This document shows, one piece after another, positions 55,986 to 64,000 of a stretch of DNA of 64,000 bases. Positions within the stretch are counted from its first letter, which is position 1. Every line of letters starts with the position of its first letter. Under the pieces are notes generated by a model. The model worked only from the letters and a program-made list of their open reading frames with translations. It did not search any database and was not told where the DNA came from. The position numbers were made by a program, and so were the translations under genes. Origin of the DNA: an uncultured Candidatus Saccharibacteria bacterium (GTDB lineage: Bacteria; Patescibacteriota; Minisyncoccia; Minisyncoccales; Staskawiczbacteraceae); the NCBI GenBank assembly GCA_964427585.1, contig CAYRVC010000001.1, forward strand, positions 189,846 through 253,845. The letters run 5' to 3'.

Positions 55986-57332
55986 CTAAAACTTGCCCGC
56001 AAGTTTGTAAATATCTCCGGCGCCCATTATTATCAGGACATCAATATTTTTTATGTTTTCTCTAACAAAATTTTCGAGCTTGTCTGCCTGGCAATAAGAA
56101 ACTATGGCCTTATTTATTTTTTTTACAATCTTTTGGGAACTGATTTTAATATTTATTTCTTTTTTTTCCCTGCCGGCAACGTCATAGATATCAGTGATTA
56201 TAATCCTATCAATCGGAGCCCGCCTGAAAGTCTCGACAAAATCGTTGAACAAATAAAATGTCCTTTGGCGCTGGTGTGGCTGGAAAACGCACCAAATTTT
56301 CTTATTTTTATATTTTTCTCTTGCCGCTTTCAGAGTGGCTGAAATTTCGTTCGGATGGTGGCCGTAATCGCTGATAATTTTTAATTTTAAATTTTTAATT
56401 TTTGAATCACGCTCCTCGAATCTCCGCCACGTTCCTTTAAATTCTGAAAGCGCTTTAAAAGTAATTTTATCTGGAATTTTCAAAATCCTGGCAACCTCCA
56501 GGGCGGCCAAAGCATTCGAAACATTATGCTCCCCGGGCACCTTGAGAATACTTTTTATCTTCTTCGCTTCGGGCTGATCCATGGAATAATTTGAAATTTG
56601 AAATTTGAAATTTGAATTCAATTTGAAATTTGAAATTTGAAAACTGTTTTTATCGTCTGCGTTTGCCACCAAATATCCGTCTTCGTTTAATTTTTTAATA
56701 AAGTTAAGAAAAGCTTTTTTAACGTTTGAGAAAGTTTTAAAATAATCCAGGTGCTCTTTGTCTATATTGGTTACCACGATTATTTTGGGCAAATAATGCA
56801 GAAAAGAAGAATCATATTCGCAGGCTTCTATTACTAGGTATTTTGAATTTCCCTGCCTGAAATTGCTGCCACCGAATTCTTTTACTTTCGTGCCGACTAT
56901 AACAGTGGGGTCTGAGCCAGCCTTAGTTAAAACTAGGGCTATCATTGCCGTGGTAGTGCTTTTTCCGTGGGCCCCGGAAACGGCAATGGTAAAATATTCT
57001 TTTGTCAGCTCGCCTAAAGCCTCAGGATAAGAAAAACATTTAATTCCCTTTTTCTTGTAAAATTTTAACTCCTGATTTTCTGCTTTTACCGCCGGGCTAT
57101 AAATCACAATGTCTGGCAAAACAACAAATTGGTCATTTGGATTTTTGCTTTGGTTGGTCATTTTGATTTGGGATTTGGGATTTATATTTATATTTATTCC
57201 TTTGTTTTTTAAAAAATCCGTAATTTCAGAGCCTGCCAAATCAGAACCCAAAACTTCATGGCCCTTTGCCAGATAATACTGCGCCAAAGCTGAAACTCCT
57301 ATTCCCCCTATGCCTATAAAATAAACCTTCAT
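55986..57332 (-). CDS. murC: UDP-N-acetylmuramate:L-alanine ligase MurC (carries two in-frame repeat insertions)
   Basis: FIGIGGIGVSALA, GAHGKSTTT, DYGHHP. Confidence 0.92.
   Translation of the reverse strand: MKVYFIGIGGIGVSALAQYYLAKGHEVLGSDLAGSEITDFLKNKGINININPKSQIKMTNQSKNPNDQFVVLPDIVIYSPAVKAENQELKFYKKKGIKCFSYPEALGELTKEYFTIAVSGAHGKSTTTAMIALVLTKAGSDPTVIVGTKVKEFGGSNFRQGNSKYLVIEACEYDSSFLHYLPKIIVVTNIDKEHLDYFKTFSNVKKAFLNFIKKLNEDGYLVANADDKNSFQISNFKLNSNFKFQISNYSMDQPEAKKIKSILKVPGEHNVSNALAALEVARILKIPDKITFKALSEFKGTWRRFEERDSKIKNLKLKIISDYGHHPNEISATLKAAREKYKNKKIWCVFQPHQRQRTFYLFNDFVETFRRAPIDRIIITDIYDVAGREKKEINIKISSQKIVKKINKAIVSYCQADKLENFVRENIKNIDVLIIMGAGDIYKLAGKF
56588..56640. repeat. heptamer element 4 x AATTTGA, ATTC, 3 x AATTTGA inside the murC CDS
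   Basis: Counted directly. Translated as ISNFKLNSNFKFQISNYS on the minus strand. Confidence 0.85.
57129..57183. repeat. half-MITE-like segment (TTGGTCATTTGG...TTGGTCATTTTGATTTGGGATTTGGGATTT) inside the murC CDS
   Basis: Resembles one arm of the elements at 48194 and 62924. Translated as PKSQIKMTNQSKNPNDQ. Confidence 0.6.
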
Positions 57333-57341
57333 ATAATTAAA

Positions 57342-57908
57342 TTACATTAAATTACGGGACTCTAAAATTGCGTAAACCGGCCCTCCTCTTTTTAATTCCG
57401 ATGCCATCACTTCAATTGATTCGACAGAAAATAAAATCTCCACATTTTCATTAATTTCAGGAATTTCTTCAATGTCAATTCTTCTGAATTCCCATTCCTT
57501 TATTCTTGCCAGGGTGACATGCGGAACAAATCCTTTTCGTTCGGCATTGAAATTGATCTTTTCTGACAAATTTTCCTGCAGGTCTTTTTTCAACAAAACA
57601 AGCCCGTCGGATTTTTCTCCCTCCGCCCAAACCATCCTTGGGGGCATTTTTCCTTTAGGCCCGTACGAAATTCCGGTTAAATTTATGGCAAAAGAACTAT
57701 GCCTTTTTGAAACGTCTTCAACAACCAAGCAAACATCAGCCAGCTCCTGATCGGTTAAGTGGCCCAAAAATTCCAGCGTGATGTGGAGATTTTCTTTTTT
57801 TATCCATTTGCAGGGCAATTCGGGCCATTTTTTAGAATAAAAAGCCAATTTATTTTTTATGTCTTCTGGCAGGTTAATGGCGATAAAAATACGATGTTTT
57901 TTAATCAT
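57342..57908 (-). CDS. thpR: RNA 2',3'-cyclic phosphodiesterase / 2'-5' RNA ligase (2H family, ThpR/LigT)
   Basis: Two HxT motifs: HITLEFLG and HVTLAR. The ATG at 57908 gives the usual N-terminus. Confidence 0.8.
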   Translation of the reverse strand: MIKKHRIFIAINLPEDIKNKLAFYSKKWPELPCKWIKKENLHITLEFLGHLTDQELADVCLVVEDVSKRHSSFAINLTGISYGPKGKMPPRMVWAEGEKSDGLVLLKKDLQENLSEKINFNAERKGFVPHVTLARIKEWEFRRIDIEEIPEINENVEILFSVESIEVMASELKRGGPVYAILESRNLM

Positions 57909-58098
57909 ATTTAGTCTTATTTTCATATTATCAGAAAAATTTCCGCTTTTCACTATTGACAGGCATCCTTAATCTTGTGTAATATAAAAATAGATTCATC
58001 CTTAAAGATGCGGGGCTTAACCCTGAAAATAATTAAAGAGACCAGCTTCTGGTTCAGCCGGCCTCTTTTTTATTTTAAAAAATGGTAATATAAAATCA

Positions 58099-58767
58099 AT
58101 GAACAAGGAAATCGCAAAAATTTTTAAGGAGATGTCTGACCTTCTGGAAATTAAAGGCGACAGCGCCTTCCATATAAATGCCTACAAAAAAGCCGCGCTG
58201 TATTTGGAAAATTTAAAAACGGATGCTTTAGAAATTTACAAGGAAAAAGGAATCGAGGGATTAAAAGTTCCCAAAATAATAGGAGATAAAAACGCGAAAA
58301 AAATTGAGGAATATATTAAGAGCGGAAAAATCAAAGATTTTGAGAAATTGGAAGAAGAAACCGCCATACGCTCTATTATAACCCATTATTTTAAATCAAA
58401 AGGGCTGGGGTTGCAGGAATTGAAAGAAAATGCTAAAAAAAGAAAGATAATATATTCCAGGTTCACAAAGCCGGCAAAACAGCTTTTGGAATTGGCGGGT
58501 TCTTTAGAAAAAGCCAAAGAAGCCATTGATAAAGTGGCTGTCTGGGCGAATTCAAGAAAGCTTGATTACGCCATTGAAACAGTATTCAAAAAATGGCTGG
58601 AATTGGACCGCTTGAAACCAAAAGAAATAGTAAAAAAGCCGTTTTACAGAGGCGACCCGATGGTATGGTCGGAAACAAAAAAGAAATGGTTCGTGGTATC
58701 AAAACACGGCGAATGGCTGGAATTTGCCGATAAGGAAAACACGATTGAGTGGAGAACAATAGAATAA
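58099..58767 (+). CDS. hypothetical protein with an N-terminal Pol X 8-kDa/HhH-like segment
   Basis: NKEIAKIFKEMSDLLEIKGDSAFHINAYKKAALYLENL resembles the N-terminus of family X polymerases. No polymerase domain follows. Confidence 0.4.
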   Translation: MNKEIAKIFKEMSDLLEIKGDSAFHINAYKKAALYLENLKTDALEIYKEKGIEGLKVPKIIGDKNAKKIEEYIKSGKIKDFEKLEEETAIRSIITHYFKSKGLGLQELKENAKKRKIIYSRFTKPAKQLLELAGSLEKAKEAIDKVAVWANSRKLDYAIETVFKKWLELDRLKPKEIVKKPFYRGDPMVWSETKKKWFVVSKHGEWLEFADKENTIEWRTIE

Positions 58768-58778
58768 TTTTTAATTAA

Positions 58779-58838
58779 AATTTGGGGGATCTCCGACATC
58801 CCCCTAAAATTGGGGGGATGTCGGAGATCCCCCAAATT
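58779..58838. repeat. second copy of the GGGGGAT(C/G)TCCGACATCCCCC palindromic element
   Basis: AATTTGGGGGATCTCCGACATCCCCCTAAAATTGGGGGGATGTCGGAGATCCCCCAAATT. Ends 3 nt before the efp ATG. Confidence 0.9.
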
Positions 58839-58841
58839 CAG

Positions 58842-59402
58842 ATGCTTACTCATACAGACTTAAAAAAAGGCGTTCAATTTATTTTTGAAGATCAGCCCTG
58901 GGAAGTGCTGGAAGCCCATGCCATGAAAATGGCTCAGAGAAGGCCTGTTATCCAAAGCAAAATAAGAAATCTGATTGACGGCCGGGTGCAGGAAAAAAAC
59001 TTCCAGCAGGGTGATGTTTTCAAGGAAGCTGATTTGGAAAAAAAAGAAATTAAATTTTTATACCAAAACAAAGGCCAATATTTTTTCTCTGAAATAAACG
59101 ACCCGTCAAAGAGATTTTCTTTTGCGGAACATCAGGTCGGGAATCAGGCAAAATTCTTAAAACCCAATGAAATTGTCGCGGGCTTGGTTTTCAAAGAAAA
59201 AATCATCAGTTTTATTCTGCCGATTAAAGTCCAGCTAAAAGTGAAGGAATCTCCTCCGGGAATCAAGGGAGACAGGGCGCAGGGAGGCACTAAAGCCGTC
59301 ATACTGGAATCCGGCGCTGAAATACAGGTTCCATTATTTATAGAGGAGGGCGACACCATTGAAATAAACACTGAAATGGAAGAATACGTCAGAAGAGTTT
59401 GA
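58842..59402 (+). CDS. efp: elongation factor P (divergent modification loop)
   Basis: Three-domain EF-P pattern. Start MLTHTDLKKG. The longer track N-terminus translates the palindromic repeat. Confidence 0.8.
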   Translation: MLTHTDLKKGVQFIFEDQPWEVLEAHAMKMAQRRPVIQSKIRNLIDGRVQEKNFQQGDVFKEADLEKKEIKFLYQNKGQYFFSEINDPSKRFSFAEHQVGNQAKFLKPNEIVAGLVFKEKIISFILPIKVQLKVKESPPGIKGDRAQGGTKAVILESGAEIQVPLFIEEGDTIEINTEMEEYVRRV

Positions 59403-59454
59403 GGGTAATGCGAGGGGAGCTTAACTCCCCCCCCTAGCATATATAAAATAAATC

Positions 59455-59484
59455 AAAAAGCCCCGTTCAAAACGGGGCTTTTTA
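59455..59484. terminator. bidirectional rho-independent terminator
   Basis: AAAAA-GCCCCGT-TCAAA-ACGGGGC-TTTTT, between convergent genes. Confidence 0.8.
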
Positions 59485-61935
59485 TTATGTTTTTACAGCA
59501 ACCGGAGCAGGTTCGGCAAAAGATCTTTGGATGATTTCCTGCTCCACTGTTTCCTTTGGCCTGCCGTATTTCAGTTTTGATATCTTTTTTATGGCTTCAA
59601 CGATTTCAGGCCTCCCTTTTTTCGGAACTGCTGTTCCCAATTTAAAGGGAGTGGAAACCTTGTTGTTAAGCATCATCTTTATTATCAGGCTGAAATTGTC
59701 CAAATTAACCAGGTCAAACCTTGAAAATCCCGGTTCAAACTGCTTTTCCAAAAATTCGGCGTCTTCTGCTCCTATGCGGAAGCTCCCTATTGTTCCCACG
59801 TTGCCCAACACGGCGTTTTTAATCTGGTCGGTCAGCTGGGGAATATACTGGTGGGCCATTACCAGATTGAGCCTGTATTTTCTGGCTTCAGAAAGTATGG
59901 TGGCAATTGAATCTGTGGTAAAGTTTTGGAACTCGTCAATGTACAAATAAAAATCTTTTCTCTCGTCTTCTGAAACAAGCGCCCTTTTCATGGCGGCCAT
60001 CTGCATTTTTGAGACTAAAATCAATCCGAGCAATGAACTATTCACCTCTCCGGTCAGGCCTTTTGAAAGATTGGCCAAGAAAATCTTTTTCCCGTTCATG
60101 ATTTTTGCCAAATCAAAGCCAGACCTCGACTGGCCGATAATATTCCTCATCATCTCGTTTTCAATGAACCTGCCCACTTTTGAAACCACATAACCCAGCA
60201 TATCGGATTTTGTCGAGCCGGTCGTCTGCTGCCATTCTTTAAGCCAGAAATTCCTTACAATGGGGTCTGTAACTTTTTGAAGGCGTTGTTGCAGAAAAGC
60301 CGGGTCGGTGAACATTTTCGGTATCTCCACCAGGGTGCCTGGGTTGTTTTTGTCTGCCATCAGGGCCAGCATGGCGTTCCTCATATAGTGTTCGAACATC
60401 GGACCGATGATTTCGGGAGGAAAAAGTTTGTAAAATATGGCTATCATCTCCTGCACCGCAAAATCTTTTTGTTCTGAGCTGTCGTATTCCAGCATATTCA
60501 AGCCCATGGGCCTGTCCTGGTCATACGGTTCGAATAAAACAACGTCTTCCACCCTGTCTGACGGAATATTAGCCAAGGTGTATTCAATCAGCTCCCCATG
60601 GGGATCCACCACCCCCACCCCTTCCCCGTTTTCAATGTCCTGCCTGATCATTTCTCTCAACAGGGCGCTTTTTCCAACGCCCGTTTGGCCGATGATGTAA
60701 AAATGCCTTCTTCTGTCGTCTTTGCTGGCGAAATAAACATTTTTTTCTTCTCCCCTGAACATCACCTTGCCTATCAGGTTTATGCCGTTTTCCGGCAAAT
60801 CAGCCGGCGGCGCGGCGACTCCGGATTTTACCGCCTTGATGTAAGGAGTTTCAATAAACTCCGTTGGAAAATGATAAATGCTGGCGATTTCTTCCAGGTT
60901 AAGAATGTTTGATTGCCTTTGGCTGAAAGTTCTGAAACTGAAATCAAAAACAAGATTTTTTAATTCCCTGCCGTAAACGTTTTTCGGTTCAAAGCTGTTT
61001 ACCGCCAAAAGGGAAAACTGGCTGAAGGAGCCTATCAAATGATTCAAAATTTCTTCGGCTCTTGCCTGGGTTTTGGAGGAAGCAACCAGGCGTATATTCG
61101 TTTCAAAGGCCTGTTTTTGAATTTTGCTTTGAATCACATCGTATTCTTTCTGGTCAAAATGCGTTTCCTTGTTTTTCTGGTTAACATCATGGTTTTTTTT
61201 GGTGTTTTCCGGGCCTTTCAGCATTTCTGAAAAAAATTCAATAAGCGGAGACTGGAAAGTTTCCGCCAGCGCCACCCTTGCCGGCTTTCCTTCCCTCATT
61301 TTCTTCAAGGCCTTTTCTCCCGTTGTTCGAAAACCGGAATCAGACAACGGCCTTATTATCAGCTGTATGGCCGCGCCCTCATTGGCGCTTATCTTGCTTA
61401 AATTATTGGTTAGGCTGGCCAGAGGGTCTTTTTCCAAATTTTTATAAGTGCTTATGGGAAACAGATAATTTTCCCTTAATTTCAAATAAGCCGCGGCGGT
61501 CGCCCCGTTTGGCTCAAAAACAGTGTAATCTTCGGGAATTTTATCTACTATGGCTAAGGGGTAAATGCCTTGAACGTATTTTGAAAAAACGTTTTCCAAA
61601 AATGTGGGCACGGCCATATAAAAAGAAATGTCGGAACTTCCCAGCTGGGAGGCAATTTCCAGGGCGCAAACGGGCCGGGGCTGGAAAAGCCTGGGTTTTT
61701 TCAAATACAAAAAATTGGAAAGGACCTGCTCCATTTCTGAAATCATGTTTTTTTCCTCTTTTTGCATCAATTCCTTTTTTTTCAAGTCGTTTTTCGGCAT
61801 CATCACCAAAAACAAGGTCATTTCCAGGCCGCCGAAAACAGAGCTTTTCTTTTGCGTTTCAGAAGTTGCCGCAAAAACAAAACCCAGCAGAGTCACAAGA
61901 AAAAGAAAAATCAGAATGTAAACGATAATAATCAT
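59485..61935 (-). CDS. membrane-anchored P-loop NTPase, VirD4/TraD/TraG-like coupling-protein family
   Basis: N-terminal TM helix. Walker A GQTGVGKS. Walker B YLYIDEFQNF. AHQYIPQL. Confidence 0.65.
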   Translation of the reverse strand: MIIIVYILIFLFLVTLLGFVFAATSETQKKSSVFGGLEMTLFLVMMPKNDLKKKELMQKEEKNMISEMEQVLSNFLYLKKPRLFQPRPVCALEIASQLGSSDISFYMAVPTFLENVFSKYVQGIYPLAIVDKIPEDYTVFEPNGATAAAYLKLRENYLFPISTYKNLEKDPLASLTNNLSKISANEGAAIQLIIRPLSDSGFRTTGEKALKKMREGKPARVALAETFQSPLIEFFSEMLKGPENTKKNHDVNQKNKETHFDQKEYDVIQSKIQKQAFETNIRLVASSKTQARAEEILNHLIGSFSQFSLLAVNSFEPKNVYGRELKNLVFDFSFRTFSQRQSNILNLEEIASIYHFPTEFIETPYIKAVKSGVAAPPADLPENGINLIGKVMFRGEEKNVYFASKDDRRRHFYIIGQTGVGKSALLREMIRQDIENGEGVGVVDPHGELIEYTLANIPSDRVEDVVLFEPYDQDRPMGLNMLEYDSSEQKDFAVQEMIAIFYKLFPPEIIGPMFEHYMRNAMLALMADKNNPGTLVEIPKMFTDPAFLQQRLQKVTDPIVRNFWLKEWQQTTGSTKSDMLGYVVSKVGRFIENEMMRNIIGQSRSGFDLAKIMNGKKIFLANLSKGLTGEVNSSLLGLILVSKMQMAAMKRALVSEDERKDFYLYIDEFQNFTTDSIATILSEARKYRLNLVMAHQYIPQLTDQIKNAVLGNVGTIGSFRIGAEDAEFLEKQFEPGFSRFDLVNLDNFSLIIKMMLNNKVSTPFKLGTAVPKKGRPEIVEAIKKISKLKYGRPKETVEQEIIQRSFAEPAPVAVKT

Positions 61936-61945
61936 TTGATGCCCT

Positions 61946-62326
61946 TTATTTCGTAAACTTTTTATAGTATCCTTTTTTTGCCAGAATATCGTGAAAAGTG
62001 TCCAAAATGAACGGGTCGTTTATGTCTTTCGCCACTTTCACGGCAAAAATTACGCCTTTCTCGTCAGCCACTTCGAGCAAACGGCCTATCTTCTCTTCTT
62101 GGGCCAAAAATTTCATTTTTTCCAAATCCTTTCTTGCTTCTTCCTCCAGGCTTTTGTCCAGCTTCATTGCCTCTATTTCTCTTCTTGTCTGGTCCATTAC
62201 AATTTTTTCCCTTTCTAAAATTTCCTCGCTCTTCTTTCGCTCTTCTGACTCCTGTTCTGAAAATTCCACTCTCTGCTCCCCTAAAGATATTTCTCTATTT
62301 TCTTCTTTTATTTTTTTAACATCCAT
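61946..62326 (-). CDS. hypothetical coiled-coil protein
   Basis: Glu/Lys-rich ORF, 10 nt from the NTPase gene. Confidence 0.5.
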   Translation of the reverse strand: MDVKKIKEENREISLGEQRVEFSEQESEERKKSEEILEREKIVMDQTRREIEAMKLDKSLEEEARKDLEKMKFLAQEEKIGRLLEVADEKGVIFAVKVAKDINDPFILDTFHDILAKKGYYKKFTK

Positions 62327-62334
62327 AAATATTT

Positions 62335-62913
62335 TTAATTTGTTACGATTAAATCCAGCAAAATATTTGCGCCTTTTTGCTTATTTTCAACCCTTATTTT
62401 CAATCCGGTGGAAATTTTTGACACCTCGTAATACTTTGAACACGGCACAGGCTCGAATTCAGGCTTTAACATTTCTCCGCAGCGGTTTTTTTCCGGCATC
62501 CATTGGTCGGCTGAAATGGGGATATAATTCCTTCCTTCAGAATCCACTATGTTTTCAATATCCCAGTTGCCGTTCTTGGTATTTTCTTTTCCTTTGTTTT
62601 GAGCCGCCACCGTAACCCTGATAAACCTTTCCGTGGTTTCTAAATCCTGCTGCCACTGCGGATTCCTGCTTTGAGACCCCTTTAAAACCCCGCCGTAATC
62701 CTTCGCCTCCTGAAAAATAAACCTTATTTCCGCCAAAGTCTCATCATATACGGGCTTATGGATTTTTTCCGTCGTATCCGGAGCTTTAGGCGGCCTTTCG
62801 GCTATTTTTATCACCGAATAAGAAATGGCCACCGCCACAAGAATTATCACGGCCAATATTAAAAGAGTCCTTGAAACCTGCCCTGCCGAATAATTTATGC
62901 TGTTTTTGAACAT
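62335..62913 (-). CDS. hypothetical membrane-anchored/secreted protein
   Basis: ATG at 62913 (MFKNSINY...) followed by a TM helix. The upstream part of the track ORF translates the MITE-like repeat. Confidence 0.55.
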   Translation of the reverse strand: MFKNSINYSAGQVSRTLLILAVIILVAVAISYSVIKIAERPPKAPDTTEKIHKPVYDETLAEIRFIFQEAKDYGGVLKGSQSRNPQWQQDLETTERFIRVTVAAQNKGKENTKNGNWDIENIVDSEGRNYIPISADQWMPEKNRCGEMLKPEFEPVPCSKYYEVSKISTGLKIRVENKQKGANILLDLIVTN

Positions 62914-62923
62914 ATTATTATTT

Positions 62924-63033
62924 AAATTCCAATGACCAAATCCCAAATCCCAACCAAATCTTAATTCTCTAAATTCCAAAACGTTTTGGTCTTTGGGGTT
63001 TAGGATTTTGTTGAGCATTGGTCATTGAGGTTT
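62924..63033. mobile_element. MITE-like palindromic element, second copy
   Basis: AAATTCCAATGACCAAATCCCAAATCCC ... central AAAACGTTTT ... CATTGGTCATTGAGGTTT. Confidence 0.65.
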
Positions 63034-63062
63034 GGGTTTAATTATTTTTATTATACCACGCG

Positions 63063-64000
63063 CTACTCGTATCTCAAAGCGTCAACGGGGTTTAACTTGG
63101 CGGCGGCCTTTGCCGGAAAATAACCTGAAGCGCAGCCGATTAAAAAAGAAAAAGAGATAGAAAACAAAATCAGGCCGATGCCTACGTCGGCCTTTAAATA
63201 AAATATCGGATGGAACTGGAAATACGTTTCAATTGTTTTGGCGAATACCATGCCAAGCAATGTTCCCCCGATTCCTCCCAGCATGCCGAATATTCCGGAT
63301 TCGATTAAAAATATCAAAATAATTGTTGACCTTTTGGCCCCGATGGCTTTTAAGACGCCTATCTCTTTCACTCTTTCATTTACGGATGTGTACATCGTAT
63401 TCATAATTCCTATGCCTCCGACAACTATGGCTATGGAAGCAAATCCTATAATTACCGCTTGTATCACACCCATTATATTGCCAACAATATCGGTTATTTT
63501 TTCTGAGGTTAAGATGGTGTAAGAAGAATCGCTTTTTTCTTCGCCTATTCTCCTTTTTCTGTTATCTTCAAGTCCTCTTTTCAAATTATCAACAACGTTA
63601 TCAGCCAGATAACCTGCTTTTGTTTTTACCAAAACCATTTCAGCTCCCTCTCTTTCTCCTGTGATTAACTTAAAAATATCCAAGTCTATTCCAATCATAG
63701 AATCGTCATCTTTTGAACCCAACGAATTTAAAATTCCAGCCACTCGGAATTTTCTGCCGTTTATTACCAGTTCGCTTCCTGCTTTTATTTCGGGAAATAT
63801 TTCTTTTGCCGCTATGCTTCCAATAATTACTTCGTTTTTCCCCGCAACGGGCCACCTGCCCGAATTTATAGACCAGCCCATATCGTTTTTATAAACATCC
63901 ATCGCGTTCTTCCAATCATTCCCATACATTAAAACAGTTTTTTTAACATTTTTATATCTTGCGGTAATTGCGGCATGATTCATAATCACAACAACATCCA
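63063..64000 (-). CDS. ABC transporter permease, FtsX/MacB-like (5' end beyond window)
   Basis: The C-terminal FtsX domain contains LKAIGAKRSTI..IFLIES. The frame stays open to the window edge. Confidence 0.85.
   Translation of the reverse strand, partial: DVVVIMNHAAITARYKNVKKTVLMYGNDWKNAMDVYKNDMGWSINSGRWPVAGKNEVIIGSIAAKEIFPEIKAGSELVINGRKFRVAGILNSLGSKDDDSMIGIDLDIFKLITGEREGAEMVLVKTKAGYLADNVVDNLKRGLEDNRKRRIGEEKSDSSYTILTSEKITDIVGNIMGVIQAVIIGFASIAIVVGGIGIMNTMYTSVNERVKEIGVLKAIGAKRSTIILIFLIESGIFGMLGGIGGTLLGMVFAKTIETYFQFHPIFYLKADVGIGLILFSISFSFLIGCASGYFPAKAAAKLNPVDALRYE

Noticed and set aside
58782-58841. Longer efp N-terminus (MGDLRHPPKIGGMSEIPQIQ), and the 58644-58853 minus ORF
   Set aside because: Both translate the palindromic repeat element.

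Overview
The window looks like a low-GC, gene-dense bacterial chromosome segment with a streamlined, Patescibacteria/CPR-like character; that taxon call is inference from gene content only. The housekeeping backbone holds type IV pilus assembly genes (pilM/N/O-like) and a complete F1Fo ATP synthase operon (atpBEFHAGDC). It also holds hrcA-grpE-dnaK-dnaJ, a UvrD/AddA-like helicase-nuclease, pyrG, uppS, rplI and rpmA. A cell-wall cluster is present (murG, ftsW, a murD fusion, mraY, a D,D-carboxypeptidase, murC), together with gltX, aspS, tyrS, efp and two tRNAs (Lys-UUU, Ala-GGC).

Two loci stand out.

(1) 47.9-50.5 kb: an IS110-family (DEDD / Transposase_20-like) ORF sits inside a tandem array of at least 13 structured RNA modules. 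Each module has an outer stem, a two-sided variable internal loop and a short inner hairpin. The outer stems covary between modules, and modules that share a stem carry unrelated loop sequences. G.U logic places the RNA on the ORF strand. The modules repeat with a ~155 nt two-loop period that resembles IS110 bridge RNAs. By hand alignment the protein seems to lack most catalytic residues. I read this as a possibly domesticated, multiplexed RNA-guided system.

(2) 22.3-25.3 kb: a tightly coupled four-gene operon lies in an island bounded by tRNA-Lys and tRNA-Ala. It encodes a 71-aa ubiquitin-like protein ending in GG-stop, a minimal E1 (ThiF-like), a JAMM/JAB peptidase with a perfect HxHx7SxxD motif, and a long protein whose C-terminus carries a UBC/E2-like HPH...G.PCLG signature.

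Other accessory content:
- a decayed m5C R-M/Vsr island plus an uncharacterised three-gene cassette downstream of tRNA-Ala
- a free-standing degenerate LAGLIDADG gene
- a PP-loop domain fused to MurD
- several families of palindromic, MITE-like and heptamer repeats, some inserted in-frame in essential genes

No rRNA genes, CRISPR arrays or cas genes were seen. All functional calls rest on motifs I recognised by eye. No database search was run.
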